Assembly: GCA_016788205.1 (NCBI GenBank)
Contig: JAEUTA010000011.1
Location: forward strand, 45,649-109,648
Direction of reading: 5' to 3'
Origin: Flavobacteriales bacterium
GTDB lineage: Bacteria > Bacteroidota > Bacteroidia > Flavobacteriales_F > PHOS-HE28
DNA: 64,000 nt
A program made the position numbers and the translations under genes. Below, piece after piece: positions 1 through 9,955 of this stretch. How positions within the stretch are numbered: position 1 is the first letter of the stretch; the number at the start of each line of letters is the position of its first letter. The notes beneath the pieces were generated by a model. It was not told where the DNA came from. It saw only the letters and a program-made list of their open reading frames with translations, and ran no database searches.

Positions 1-241
1 TGTCCCCGCTCAGCTTCTCCTCGTAGAACAAGTAACGGCCGAGCGCCACCCCCTCCACCGTGAAGGGATTGTCCGCAGGGATAGGCATCGCCGGAAAATT
101 GGCGGGGATGGGCACGTTCAAGGGTGTGGCCGAATGACCCGGTGTCTCCGGCGCCGCTTCCTCATCGCATTCATGCCTACACCCTGTCAGCAGCGCGATG
201 CTGAACAACAGAAGGGGAATGATGATGAACTGCCTATTCAT
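1..241 (-). CDS. Cytochrome c peroxidase family lipoprotein (MbnH/MauG-like), N-terminal part only; runs off the window edge
   Basis: Manual translation MNRQFIIIPLLLFSIALLTGC...FPAMPIPADNPFTVEGVALGRYLFYEEKLSGD: lipobox plus the P-x-x-N-P...LG-x-x-LF start shared with 238..1248. ATG overlaps the upstream stop (ATGA). Confidence 0.85.
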   Translation of the reverse strand, partial: MNRQFIIIPLLLFSIALLTGCRHECDEEAAPETPGHSATPLNVPIPANFPAMPIPADNPFTVEGVALGRYLFYEEKLSGD

Positions 242-1248
242 GGAACCTGATCCAATGATCGTTCGTCGGTGAGCGCGTGGAGAAATGCGATGAGGTCCGA
301 CTTCTCCTGCGCGCTCAATGCAAAGTTCGTCATTAACGGACTGCGTTGGGGATGCTGAAGGCCGCCTGAAGCGAAATGGTCGATCACCTCACTTAGTGTA
401 GCTAGTGCACCATCGTGCATGTACGGACCGGTCAATGCCACATTACGCAGTGAGGGCACCTTGAACTTCCCGTTGTCCTGCGGATCCAACGTGATGCGTT
501 CGCGACCGGGATCGGCGTAGCTCATGTATTGACCTACGTTCTGGTACGAGTGGTCGCTCAGATCGAAGCCGCTGTGGCATGCCGAGCAGTTCAATGCAGC
601 ACTATTGAACAGCTGAAGCCCATTGACCTCGCTGCCGGTCAACGCCGACGTCTCGCCAGCCCTGTAACGATCGTAGCGCGACCATCCACTGATCAACGTA
701 CGCTCGTAGCTGGCGATGGCACGGGTGATGACGAACCCATCCAGGCCACGGCCATACGCAATGCGGCTCAAACGCTGATGATCCGCATCCTCCGAAACGG
801 CTTCCACTGCGGCTTGTAGCGAGTGCGCCATTTCCACCGGATCCTGCACCGGTGCGATCACCTGGCGTTCGAGGTCATCCACACCGCCGTCGCGGAACAG
901 CGCATCATGGTACGCCACGTTGCCCAGGGATGGGGCGTTCCGCATACCTGGTAGTTCGTCCACACCACGGCTCAGGGCGAGGGTATCGCTGAACGCACGA
1001 TCCGGAAGGTGACAACTCGCGCACGAGATCGTACCATCCAGCGAAAGGCGCGGATCGAAGAAGAGCGCCTTGCCCAGTTTCACCGAGGCCTGCGTCAGCG
1101 GGTTCTGCTGCGGAACAGGTGGCGATGGAAAACCCTGCGGCAACTCCAGCAGGAAGGGGCCATCAACGTCGTTCTGCACGACAGCAGGGTCCTTGCGGCA
1201 ACCGCCAGCGAGGACCGGCAGCAGGATCATCCAGGTCCACCTCTTCAC
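238..1248 (-). CDS. Di-heme cytochrome c peroxidase family lipoprotein (MbnH/MauG-like)
   Basis: Two heme motifs (CASCH, CSACH), RNAPSL, FKVPSLRNV...PYMHDG, lipobox LAGGC. Confidence 0.92.
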   Translation of the reverse strand: MKRWTWMILLPVLAGGCRKDPAVVQNDVDGPFLLELPQGFPSPPVPQQNPLTQASVKLGKALFFDPRLSLDGTISCASCHLPDRAFSDTLALSRGVDELPGMRNAPSLGNVAYHDALFRDGGVDDLERQVIAPVQDPVEMAHSLQAAVEAVSEDADHQRLSRIAYGRGLDGFVITRAIASYERTLISGWSRYDRYRAGETSALTGSEVNGLQLFNSAALNCSACHSGFDLSDHSYQNVGQYMSYADPGRERITLDPQDNGKFKVPSLRNVALTGPYMHDGALATLSEVIDHFASGGLQHPQRSPLMTNFALSAQEKSDLIAFLHALTDERSLDQVP

Positions 1249-2021
1249 TCCGCACTGAAGCTGTGCACGGCATTGTTCGTCAACTTCTGCGCGAGCGGGA
1301 GGTCCGTACCGTGGGTCTGGTTCTCCGTCGCCAGGTCAAGCGTATCACTATCGGTATGGAAGAATCCGTCCACGGCCAGATCGAGTACGATGGTGCTCGT
1401 GTTGCCAGCCGTGATGGTCACTTCACCGTTCAACGCGAGGTCGAACTGCTGATAACAAGCGTTGAGGCCCGTGTGCATGGAGAAGGGCGATGCCGGAGCT
1501 CCGGTGCTCGCGCCATTCAAGTCGTAGCGCCCATCGAATTGGAGGAAGCGATAAGCCGTGGCCCATGTCCAATAGGTGCCCCGTGCCAGATCCAACGGAT
1601 GGCCAGGCGGATACACGATCGGGTCGGCGTCGTTCAACGTTTGGGGGACACCGAACCCCAACTGCATGCCATTCCATGTACCCGTCGGAACGCCCGTCCA
1701 AAGGACCGTATCACCGTTGTGTGCGAGATCGAAGAATTCAACATCCTTCACCACCGATGACGACGAGCCGTTCACCAACCGTACGTCGCCCAGGTAGAAC
1801 TTCAGACCCTCCACCTTCACCCGGTAATCGCTCACATTGTGGTATACCGTGTTCATCACGAACGGAGCCCCGTTCCAGGTGGGCCTTACGATCACCTTCA
1901 ACTGGCCAGTGGTGGTGGTGGGCGTGGGAGTAGGCTCCACCGGCTCATCGGGCCCGCAGGCCACCAGCAGCACGAACATGAACGGGATGGGGAACCTGCG
2001 TGCGGCGAGCTTCATGGACAT
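1245..2021 (-). CDS. mbnP: MbnP family copper-binding lipoprotein
   Basis: Lipobox LVAC, LKFYL motif, HPL...YWTWATAYRF (WxW), adjacent to di-heme peroxidases. Start may be 2015. Confidence 0.85.
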   Translation of the reverse strand: MSMKLAARRFPIPFMFVLLVACGPDEPVEPTPTPTTTTGQLKVIVRPTWNGAPFVMNTVYHNVSDYRVKVEGLKFYLGDVRLVNGSSSSVVKDVEFFDLAHNGDTVLWTGVPTGTWNGMQLGFGVPQTLNDADPIVYPPGHPLDLARGTYWTWATAYRFLQFDGRYDLNGASTGAPASPFSMHTGLNACYQQFDLALNGEVTITAGNTSTIVLDLAVDGFFHTDSDTLDLATENQTHGTDLPLAQKLTNNAVHSFSAE

Positions 2022-2058
2022 GATCGGGCTGCGTTGTTCGAGCGTTGCTTGCGGTACA

Positions 2059-2066
2059 CAAAAATA
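2059..2066 (-). promoter_or_regulatory. Bacteroidota primary sigma -7 element (TATTTTTG) for the mbnP operon
   Basis: Exact TAnnTTTG match about 40 nt upstream of mbnP. Confidence 0.65.
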
Positions 2067-2142
2067 AGTCGGCGCAAGGGCCTGAGCCTGACATGCAGCG
2101 CCTCATCGTCAACCGTTCGGGTAGGCCTAACTTGGCCCTACC

Positions 2143-5100
2143 ATGTTCCTGGTCCTTCATAGTTCCGCTGGCGCCGGCAAGACCCATGCGCTGGTGAAGC
2201 ACTACCTCACCTACTGCCTGCGCGGCGAAGACCACGGTGCCTACCGGCAGGTGCTGGCCCTCACCTTCACCAACAAGGCGGCGGCCGAAATGAAGGAGCG
2301 TGTGATCGGCTACCTGGAGCGCCTTGCCGAGCCCGGTAACGCCGAAGGCCCGGTCCGCGATGTGATCGACCACTTGACCAGCGTGACCGCCATCAGCGAA
2401 CAGGCGTTGGCCACCCGTGCACATGCCGTGTTGGGCCACATGCTCCACAACTGGAGCGATGTGGCCATCAGCACCATCGATGCATTCACACGCCGCGTAG
2501 TACGGCCGTTCACACGCGACCTACGCCTGGACCACGACCTGCGCATGACCACCGAGCAGACCTACTACCGCGAACGCGCGGTGCAGGCGTTGATAGACGC
2601 GGCGGGCAGCGACGAGCGCATCACGGCCATCCTGTCCCAGGCGTGCCTCCAGCTCCTGCACGAAGAGCGCTCGTGGGACCCGGCCAAACCGCTCCTGGAC
2701 CTGAGCCACGAGTTGCTCAAGGAAAGTTCCATCGCTCCGCTGGAGCGCCTTCGTTCGTTCTCCGCGGAAGAGCTGGGGCCGCTGACCGAACGGTTGAATC
2801 GCGACATCGCCGTATTCCGTCAGCAGGTAAGGAACATCGGGCGTGAGGCGCTTCAGTCGTTCGCCGCGCATGGGCTTACCGAGGCGGATGTGGCCCACGG
2901 CAAGGGTGGCGTGCTCGGCTACTTCCGCAAGCTGGCACGTTTTGCGGATGTGTGGGACGCTCCCGGTCCGCAAACGTTGAAGCCGTTCGAGACCGGCAAG
3001 TGGCACTCCGGCAAAGCCACGCCCACCGCCATCGCGGCGTTGGATGGCCTGGCCGACCGGCTCACCGCACTTTTCCAACGTGCCGAAGAACTGCGCACCA
3101 CCGGCCTTCGCGATCACTTCATCCAGCGCTCCGTGGTGCGCGAACTGCTGCCGGCCTTCGCACTGCACGAGCTGGATGTGAAACTGGAGGCGCTCAAGAC
3201 CGAAGATGGTGTAACGTTCTTCAGCGACCTGACACGTCGCGTGGCGGAAGTGGTGAAGAACGAGCCGGTGCCGTTCATCTACGAACGCCTCGGCGAGCGT
3301 TACCGCCATTTCCTGATCGACGAGTTCCAGGACACCTCGCTCCTGCAATGGAACGCCTTGCTGCCCCTCATCGAGAACGCACTGGCCAACGGCGGCAGCA
3401 CCCTGCTGGTGGGCGATGCGAAGCAGGCCATCTACCGCTGGCGGAACGGCGAGGTGCGGCTGTTCGTGGAACTGCCCCAGCTCTTCGGCCGCGACCCCGC
3501 TGATGATGCTGCACGACAACGGCAGGACACCTTGGAGCGCTACTTCCAACGGGGTGAACGCTTGGCGCACAATCGGCGCTCGGCACAGCGGATCATCGCG
3601 TTCAACAACGCGTTGCACGGCGCGCTCGCAAAGCACCTTCAAACGTCGCTGCAAAAGGTGTACGATGCGCACGACCAGCGTACCTCGCACACTGACCTCG
3701 GTGCGGTGCACATCGAACCCGCGGAGACCGGGCTACGCGGCGAAGCGCTGCAGGAGGCCCTGCTCGCGAACACCCTGCGCTGGACGCAGGAAGCCGTGGC
3801 GGCCGGTTTCGGCCCCGGGGACATCGCGGTGCTGGTGCGCTCCAAACGCACGGGACGTGCAGTGGCCAAGCATTTGCTGCAGAACGGATACCCCGTGGTC
3901 TCTCCCGATGGATCGCAGCTCGCTGCCGACCCCGGCGTGCAGTTGCTTACCGAGTGGCTCCGTTTCCTGCATACCGGAGAAGAGGCGAGCGCCGTGCGCG
4001 TGCTGCAATGGCGCACCATCGTGCTGGGTACGGCTTCGGAAGCGGAGTTCACCGACCCCTTCCACTCCCCCGAGGCGTTGCCCAAGCCGGTCGCTCAACT
4101 GCGGCAGTGGCTGCGACAGAACGGCGATCCACGCCTGCGCACCACCATCGTGTCGCTGGTCTCACAGCTGGCCCGCCTGCACAGCATGGAACCGGCGGAA
4201 GATGCTTCCGTGTTGACGCTCCTCGATGAGATTCATGCCTGGACCACGGAACATGCACAGGACATCGGTGCATTCCTGGAACACTGGGACCGGTCCGGAG
4301 GCGAACGCAGCGCCGCAGCCGCAGGACAAGGACAAGCCGTGCAGGTGATGACCGTTCACAAGTCCAAGGGCCTCCAGTTCCCGGTGGTGATCGTGCCGGA
4401 TACGCGCATGGCAGGTAACGGCGACCACGGCGAGCTTTTCTGGATAAAGCCCGGTGAAGCCGTTCCCGAACTGGAGGTCGCACTGATCCGCGAAGGCAAA
4501 CTGAGCAAGGCCGCCGAGCTTGAAGAACTGCAGGAGGAAGAAGGCTTGCGCCACCTGGATGCGTTGAACCTGCTGTACGTGGCCTTCACCCGGCCCGAGC
4601 AGCGCCTGTACGCCTTCGTTCCGGAAGCCAGCGACATCATCACCAAAGCACTGCGGGCTTTCGTTGTGGAGCATCCGGAACTAGCGCGCACAGACGCGCC
4701 ACCGGAAACACCGCGCAAGCAACGCAGCCCTTCCACCGGCGATCAGCTGCGCGGTGTGCGCGGCGCATCCGGATCGCCGAAGGTGACCCTGCGTTTCGAG
4801 GCGCCCGACGATTGGGATCCCGCACATCCGGATCCGGCACGGGCATACGGCACAGCCGTTCACCAGGCCTTGGAACGCACGTTGACCGCGGACCAATGGG
4901 GGCCTTCCCTACAGGCTGCGGTAGCCGCCGGAGACCTCACTACGGAGCAGGCATCCGTGTTGCTTGAACGACTGGGGCCATGGATCGCGTCGGATACGAT
5001 GGCACCGTGGTTCGGCCCGGGTCTGGACGTACGTGCCGAAGCGGCGTTGATCACGGCGGATGGCCATGCGTTGCGGCCGGATCGTTTGATCATCGAAGGC

Positions 5101-5259
5101 GATAACGTGCGCGTGCTGGAGATCAAGACCGGCAGACCGGCGGACGCTCACGCCAGGCAATTGCGCACCTACCTGCAACTGCTGCGCGAGCTGGGCTATC
5201 CGCAGGTGGACGGAACGATCTGGTACGTCGGTGACGGGCATCTTGAACACGTGGCGTGA
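2143..5259 (+). CDS. addA: UvrD-family helicase with C-terminal RecB-type nuclease (AddA-like)
   Basis: SAGAGKT, LTFTNKAA, IDEFQDT, VGDAKQAIYRWR, TVHKSKGLQF, LYVAFTR; nuclease RPDRL...EIKTG. Confidence 0.88.
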   Translation: MFLVLHSSAGAGKTHALVKHYLTYCLRGEDHGAYRQVLALTFTNKAAAEMKERVIGYLERLAEPGNAEGPVRDVIDHLTSVTAISEQALATRAHAVLGHMLHNWSDVAISTIDAFTRRVVRPFTRDLRLDHDLRMTTEQTYYRERAVQALIDAAGSDERITAILSQACLQLLHEERSWDPAKPLLDLSHELLKESSIAPLERLRSFSAEELGPLTERLNRDIAVFRQQVRNIGREALQSFAAHGLTEADVAHGKGGVLGYFRKLARFADVWDAPGPQTLKPFETGKWHSGKATPTAIAALDGLADRLTALFQRAEELRTTGLRDHFIQRSVVRELLPAFALHELDVKLEALKTEDGVTFFSDLTRRVAEVVKNEPVPFIYERLGERYRHFLIDEFQDTSLLQWNALLPLIENALANGGSTLLVGDAKQAIYRWRNGEVRLFVELPQLFGRDPADDAARQRQDTLERYFQRGERLAHNRRSAQRIIAFNNALHGALAKHLQTSLQKVYDAHDQRTSHTDLGAVHIEPAETGLRGEALQEALLANTLRWTQEAVAAGFGPGDIAVLVRSKRTGRAVAKHLLQNGYPVVSPDGSQLAADPGVQLLTEWLRFLHTGEEASAVRVLQWRTIVLGTASEAEFTDPFHSPEALPKPVAQLRQWLRQNGDPRLRTTIVSLVSQLARLHSMEPAEDASVLTLLDEIHAWTTEHAQDIGAFLEHWDRSGGERSAAAAGQGQAVQVMTVHKSKGLQFPVVIVPDTRMAGNGDHGELFWIKPGEAVPELEVALIREGKLSKAAELEELQEEEGLRHLDALNLLYVAFTRPEQRLYAFVPEASDIITKALRAFVVEHPELARTDAPPETPRKQRSPSTGDQLRGVRGASGSPKVTLRFEAPDDWDPAHPDPARAYGTAVHQALERTLTADQWGPSLQAAVAAGDLTTEQASVLLERLGPWIASDTMAPWFGPGLDVRAEAALITADGHALRPDRLIIEGDNVRVLEIKTGRPADAHARQLRTYLQLLRELGYPQVDGTIWYVGDGHLEHVA

Positions 5260-5705
5260 TGCGGACCTGGACCATCCGCTCCTTCGAGGACCTCACCGTG
5301 CAGCAATTGCACGATCTCCTGCGGTTGCGCGTGGACGTGTTCGTGGTGGAACAGCATTGCCCGTACCCCGAGCTCGATGGAGCGGACCACGATGCCACCC
5401 ACCTGCTGTTGCACGATGCCAGCGGACTGGTGGCCTATGCACGCGTGCTGCCACCGGGTACCGATGGGCTGCCCCACATCGGACGCGTGGTGGTGCGGAT
5501 GGACCGACGTGGCCAAGGCATCGCGTCGGCGTTGATGCAACAGGCGCTAACGGTGGTGGAAGCGCGCCACGGAACGAAACGCTCGGCACTGGCCGCACAG
5601 GCGCACTTGGAGCGTTTCTATGCACAGCATGGATTCCGCCGCACGGGTGCCGACTACCTGCTCGATGGTATCCCGCACGTGGATATGCGGCGCGATGACG
5701 TGTGA
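5256..5705 (+). CDS. elaA: GNAT acetyltransferase, ElaA family
   Basis: LRVDVFVVEQHCPYPELDG, IGRVVV, AQAHLERFY, YLLDGIPHVDM. Confidence 0.88.
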   Translation: MMRTWTIRSFEDLTVQQLHDLLRLRVDVFVVEQHCPYPELDGADHDATHLLLHDASGLVAYARVLPPGTDGLPHIGRVVVRMDRRGQGIASALMQQALTVVEARHGTKRSALAAQAHLERFYAQHGFRRTGADYLLDGIPHVDMRRDDV

Positions 5706-5711
5706 GGGCGT

Positions 5712-7838
5712 TCAGCGCAACAGCGTCACATGCCCTTGGTACGCCTTGCGGAAGGCGCCGTACTCCGCGATGTGCACCTGGTAGTTGTACACCCCTTGCG
5801 GAAGACCATCGCCGCTCCACCCCTCCTTGGTGCTGGTGGTGCGGAAACGCTCCGTGCCCCAACGGTCCATGATGACCAACTCGTACAGACGTGCACCGCG
5901 CACGGAAGGGAGGAACACATCGTTGATGCCATCGCCATCCGGGGTGAAGGCCGTGGGCGCGTAGAAGAGGTGGTCGATGACGTTGACGGTATGGCTCACC
6001 TCGTTGGTGCAGTTGGTGCCGCTGGTGACCCGTTGCGTGATCACGAAGGTGCCGGCATCATCGAACTCATACGTGAACGAGGGTTCCTGGACCAGCGCTC
6101 CATCGATCAGGTACTCCCACGCCACGGCTTGCTGGGCGTAGTCTTTGATCCGCACCACGGGATCCAGCAGGCTCACCTCTTCGGGCGTCACGTTGAACTC
6201 CGCCACAGGCTCCGGGTACACCTCCACCTGATCCACCAGCAACAGGGTCTTCTCATCGATGCAGCCTTCATCGGTGTTCACCGTCACCCGCACATCATAG
6301 GTGCCGGGCTGCGCATAGGCGTGGATCAACGTGGGCTGGGCGGAGCCGGTGCCATCACCCAGGTCCCAACTGTAGCGCAAGGCCGTCCAGGCTTCGGCCA
6401 CAGCGCTGAAATCGAACGGAACGTTGACACACCCCGCTTCGTCGCTCGTGGCGCTCAACGTGGGGCGCGGATAGACGACCACCGAATCGGTATAGCTCTC
6501 CTCGCAGCCGAAGTCCTGCACCGTGAGCCGTACGGCATGCACGCCCGTGGTGATGTACGCCGCAGCGACGTCCACCCCCGTGGCGGTGACCGGCACGGAT
6601 TGGTCGCCGAAGTCCCACACGATGGAGGCCGCAGCGGTGAACGAACCCGTGGCATGCAACAGGGCCGCCTCGTCCGTGCACCGTATGGCAGGGCGTTCGA
6701 AATGCGGGTTCAGGGGCATGTGCACCTCGAAGCTGGACCAGCTCGTGTCCGCACAGGGCCAGCCCGGGTTCGCGATCAACTGGATGGCGTAAGTGCCCGT
6801 GTCCGCGTAGGTCCATTGCGGTTCCGCGAGCGCAGATGTATCGCCCAGCAGCGACGCATCGCCGAAGTCCCAATGGTAGGTCTGGCCGTTCACGCTCTCG
6901 TTCTCCAGGAACACGGTCATGCCCGAGCAGAACTCCTGTTGGTCCTGGATGGACGAAACGATGTTCGCCTCGCACGCCACCACGTCCATGCGCACATCAC
7001 GGATGGACTCGCTCAACTGCACACCGTTCCGGAATTCGCGAACGCGCACGCCCACGGTGAACGAACCGATCACCGTAGGGTGTACCGTGAACGCACCGGT
7101 CGACGGATCCACCGCCACACCGGGTGCACCATCCATGGGCACCGCACCCGAGTACCCATTGCCCCACACGATGGGCGCGTAAGGCGGCGGCCCTGCCATG
7201 GGTTGCGGAAAGTCCGGTGTGCCACCTGCGAAAGGCGTGTAGAGGTCGTACACCAATTGGTCGCCATCCGGGTCCGTGGCCGAGTGATCGAAGACCATGT
7301 CCTGACCGATGCATAGCACCACGGGCGGATACTCCTGAAAGCGCGGGCTGCTGTTGACCAGCGTTACACCTGACGGCGGTATCTGCACCGTACACGTCAA
7401 CCCTTGCAGCAGCCCGGTGGGCAGGTTGGTCATGGACGGTGTGCGGCAGCAACGCTGGTAGCTGATGACGTAACCCGTGGGGTTGGGCGGCAACTCCAGT
7501 ACCGTGGTGTACAGCGCCCAGGTGGCGCAGATGGTACCGGGCACCGCCAGGCACGGGTTGTTCAGGTCCACCGGAACGGGCTGTTCGCCACCCACGGGCA
7601 GGGGAACGAAATGCGTGGACTGCAATAATCCGAGGCCATTGTACACGGCCAGCTGCGCCTCCGCATCGAAACCCGTTCCGTTCACATTGCCCGGGCCGCA
7701 ATCGCGGTAAAGCTTCAACGTGATGCGGTATTCATCACCGGCCAGCTTGTCGTAGTACATCTCCCCGCCCAAGATGTGCGTTGCCAGGGCCAGCACTGAC
7801 CAGCACAGCGATACGACGAGCAACGCCTGACGCTTCAT
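5712..7838 (-). CDS. T9SS type B (gliding motility-associated CTD) secreted protein with PKD domains
   Basis: Signal MKRQALL...ATHILGGEM, YRDC, YQRCCR, WDFGD PKD repeats, C-terminal PTAFTPDGDGIND...GHVTLLR. Start shortened to ATG 7838. Confidence 0.88.
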   Translation of the reverse strand: MKRQALLVVSLCWSVLALATHILGGEMYYDKLAGDEYRITLKLYRDCGPGNVNGTGFDAEAQLAVYNGLGLLQSTHFVPLPVGGEQPVPVDLNNPCLAVPGTICATWALYTTVLELPPNPTGYVISYQRCCRTPSMTNLPTGLLQGLTCTVQIPPSGVTLVNSSPRFQEYPPVVLCIGQDMVFDHSATDPDGDQLVYDLYTPFAGGTPDFPQPMAGPPPYAPIVWGNGYSGAVPMDGAPGVAVDPSTGAFTVHPTVIGSFTVGVRVREFRNGVQLSESIRDVRMDVVACEANIVSSIQDQQEFCSGMTVFLENESVNGQTYHWDFGDASLLGDTSALAEPQWTYADTGTYAIQLIANPGWPCADTSWSSFEVHMPLNPHFERPAIRCTDEAALLHATGSFTAAASIVWDFGDQSVPVTATGVDVAAAYITTGVHAVRLTVQDFGCEESYTDSVVVYPRPTLSATSDEAGCVNVPFDFSAVAEAWTALRYSWDLGDGTGSAQPTLIHAYAQPGTYDVRVTVNTDEGCIDEKTLLLVDQVEVYPEPVAEFNVTPEEVSLLDPVVRIKDYAQQAVAWEYLIDGALVQEPSFTYEFDDAGTFVITQRVTSGTNCTNEVSHTVNVIDHLFYAPTAFTPDGDGINDVFLPSVRGARLYELVIMDRWGTERFRTTSTKEGWSGDGLPQGVYNYQVHIAEYGAFRKAYQGHVTLLR

Positions 7839-7850
7839 CTCACCGGATAG

Positions 7851-7876
7851 GACGTAAAGATGACGGACCGGGTCGC
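7851..7876 (-). promoter_or_regulatory. Possible ECF-type promoter GCGACC-N16-CGTC
   Basis: Degenerate copy of the repeated motif, 12 nt upstream of ATG 7838. Confidence 0.35.
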
Positions 7877-7915
7877 CTTGGCCCGGCACCGTTCCTCGTT
7901 CTGTGCGCGCCAGCA

Positions 7916-9775
7916 TCAGCGCAGCAGTGTCAGGTGGCCCGTGTACGTGCGGCCATCGGCCAGCACCAGCTCGTAGTAATAAGTACCGTCCGGTACACCG
8001 GGAGCGGCCCATTGGTTGCGGTAGTTCTGCACCGCGTACACCGGTGTGCCCCACCGGTTGAAGATGGTGAGGTCGTTCTGGTGCTGCTCGATGTTGAGGA
8101 TGGAGAACCGCTCGTTGGACGCATCACCGTTCGGTGTGAAGACGTTGGGGATGTGGATGGGCACTTCGATGATCTCGTAGGGCAGCGAATAGGTGGCCGT
8201 GCAGCCGTCCGCTGTGGTCACCAACAGCTGCACATCGTACGTGCCCGGCACGGGGTGCAGCCAGGCGCTCGCCGGTCCACTGCCGATGGGCGCACCATTG
8301 GCGTACCAGTTCCACGCCACGATCTCGCCGCCGTTGGCGCTGGACCCGTCCTGCAAGGCCACATCCACGCCGTAGGCCTGTGGCGAAGCCGGCGAGAGCG
8401 TGAAGTAGGCTTCCGGCAGGGCGCGCGTGGTGACCAGGTCCGTGTAGGTGTTGGAGCATCCCTCATCCACCACGGTGAGGGTGACACCGTGCACGCCCGG
8501 CGCGGGGAACATCACATCCACCGATGGGCCGGAAGCCGTGGAGGGCACCGCACCGCTGAGCTGCCAGCTGAAGGTGGCCCCAGGCCCGAAGCGACCTTCG
8601 GCGACAAGGGTGGTGCCTCCAGAACCACAAACGGCGGGCGGCGGTGTGAACGATGCTTCGGGCAACACGCGCACATCCACCAGGCTCTGCGTGGTATCCG
8701 CACACACCAGACCGGGGTTGGCGATGAGCGTTACCGTGTACGTGCCGGGGCTCGTGTAGGTCCACTGGGGCGAATGGAGCGACGAGGTGTCCTGTGCCGT
8801 GGGTCCTTCGCCGAACTCCCACGACCACAGCTGGCCGCTGGGGCTGGTGTTGTTGAAGGCCAGGGTGAGGCCCTGGCAGAATTCGGCCTGCGGGGCGATC
8901 TGCGCGTTCACCTGCGCCTGGCATGGCACGACATCGAACCGGAAGTCGCGGATCGTCTCCGAGAGCAAGGTGCCGTTCCTGTACTCCTTCACCTCTACGG
9001 CCACCGTGTAGCTCGCCGCCAAGGTGGGCGTTACCGTGAGCAGACCGGTGCTGGGGTGGATGGACATGATGGGCGACGAGTCCATGGGATAGTCGCCGGA
9101 GTAGCCACCTTGCCAGAGGATGGGCGCATACGGCGGAGCCACCGGCGTAGGCGTGGGGTTGATGGAAGAGCCGCCGTTCAGCGGTGTTCGCAGCGCATAC
9201 ACCAGTGAATCGCCATCGGCATCGCTGGCGGAGTGGTCGAACAACAGCGGCTCATTCAAGCACAGCACCACGGGCGGGTACGCGATGAAACGCGCCGAAC
9301 TGTTCTCCACCACCGTGCCGGGGATGCGCACCGTACAGGTGAGCCCCTGATCACCGGCATCCTGCAGGTTGATGATGGTGGGCGTGCGGCAGCAACGCTG
9401 GTAGGTGAGCACGTAACCGTCCGGGCGGGCGGGCAGCGTGAGCACCATGGTGTAGATGGCCAGTTCGATGCACACATCGGGTGGCGCCGTAAGGCACGGG
9501 TTGTCCAACGCGATGGGCAGTTCGATGGCACCGGGAAAGGCCATGTTCTGGATGGAGACCGTGGAGCCATCGCCCCCGAAGACACCGAGCATCGCGCTGG
9601 CATCGTACCCGGTCTGGTTCACGTTGCCGGGCCCGCAGTCGCGATACAGCTTCAGTGAGACCTGATATTGGTCGCCGCCGAGGTGGTCGTAGTACAACTC
9701 ACCACCGACGATGTGCGTGGCGTGCGCAGAAGAGGCTGCGAACACCAGCGCGAGAGAGAGCGAGAGGAGGCGCAT
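7916..9775 (-). CDS. T9SS type B CTD secreted protein with PKD domains (paralog of 5712..7838)
   Basis: MRLLSLSLAL...ATHIVGGELYY, YRDCGPGNVN, YQRCCRTP, IPNVFTPNGD...GHLTLLR. Start shortened. Confidence 0.88.
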   Translation of the reverse strand: MRLLSLSLALVFAASSAHATHIVGGELYYDHLGGDQYQVSLKLYRDCGPGNVNQTGYDASAMLGVFGGDGSTVSIQNMAFPGAIELPIALDNPCLTAPPDVCIELAIYTMVLTLPARPDGYVLTYQRCCRTPTIINLQDAGDQGLTCTVRIPGTVVENSSARFIAYPPVVLCLNEPLLFDHSASDADGDSLVYALRTPLNGGSSINPTPTPVAPPYAPILWQGGYSGDYPMDSSPIMSIHPSTGLLTVTPTLAASYTVAVEVKEYRNGTLLSETIRDFRFDVVPCQAQVNAQIAPQAEFCQGLTLAFNNTSPSGQLWSWEFGEGPTAQDTSSLHSPQWTYTSPGTYTVTLIANPGLVCADTTQSLVDVRVLPEASFTPPPAVCGSGGTTLVAEGRFGPGATFSWQLSGAVPSTASGPSVDVMFPAPGVHGVTLTVVDEGCSNTYTDLVTTRALPEAYFTLSPASPQAYGVDVALQDGSSANGGEIVAWNWYANGAPIGSGPASAWLHPVPGTYDVQLLVTTADGCTATYSLPYEIIEVPIHIPNVFTPNGDASNERFSILNIEQHQNDLTIFNRWGTPVYAVQNYRNQWAAPGVPDGTYYYELVLADGRTYTGHLTLLR

Positions 9776-9786
9776 GGTAGCCATGG

Positions 9787-9812
9787 GACCGTTGCACCTT
9801 GAGAATGGTTGC
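9787..9812 (-). promoter_or_regulatory. Putative ECF-type promoter GCAACC-N16-GGTC
   Basis: Minus strand GCAACCATTCTCAAGGTGCAACGGTC directly upstream of ATG 9775. Confidence 0.45.
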
Positions 9813-9955
9813 CCGGTCGGTGAAGCAAGGTAAGCACCGGGGCCGGATCGGCTACATGTGCAGTGGATGGATAAACGCACAAACCCGCGCAACATGTCCC
9901 GGAGACACCTCCTTATACCAGGCCGACGTGTTCAGGAACACATGTGTCGCAAGGC

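Noticed and set aside
1-2021. Methanobactin biosynthetic cluster
   Set aside because: No mbnA/B/C or precursor peptide is visible in the window.
9752-9766. (GA)n tract in a signal-peptide region as a phase-variation switch
   Set aside because: Only about four uninterrupted units, explained by Leu/Ser codons.
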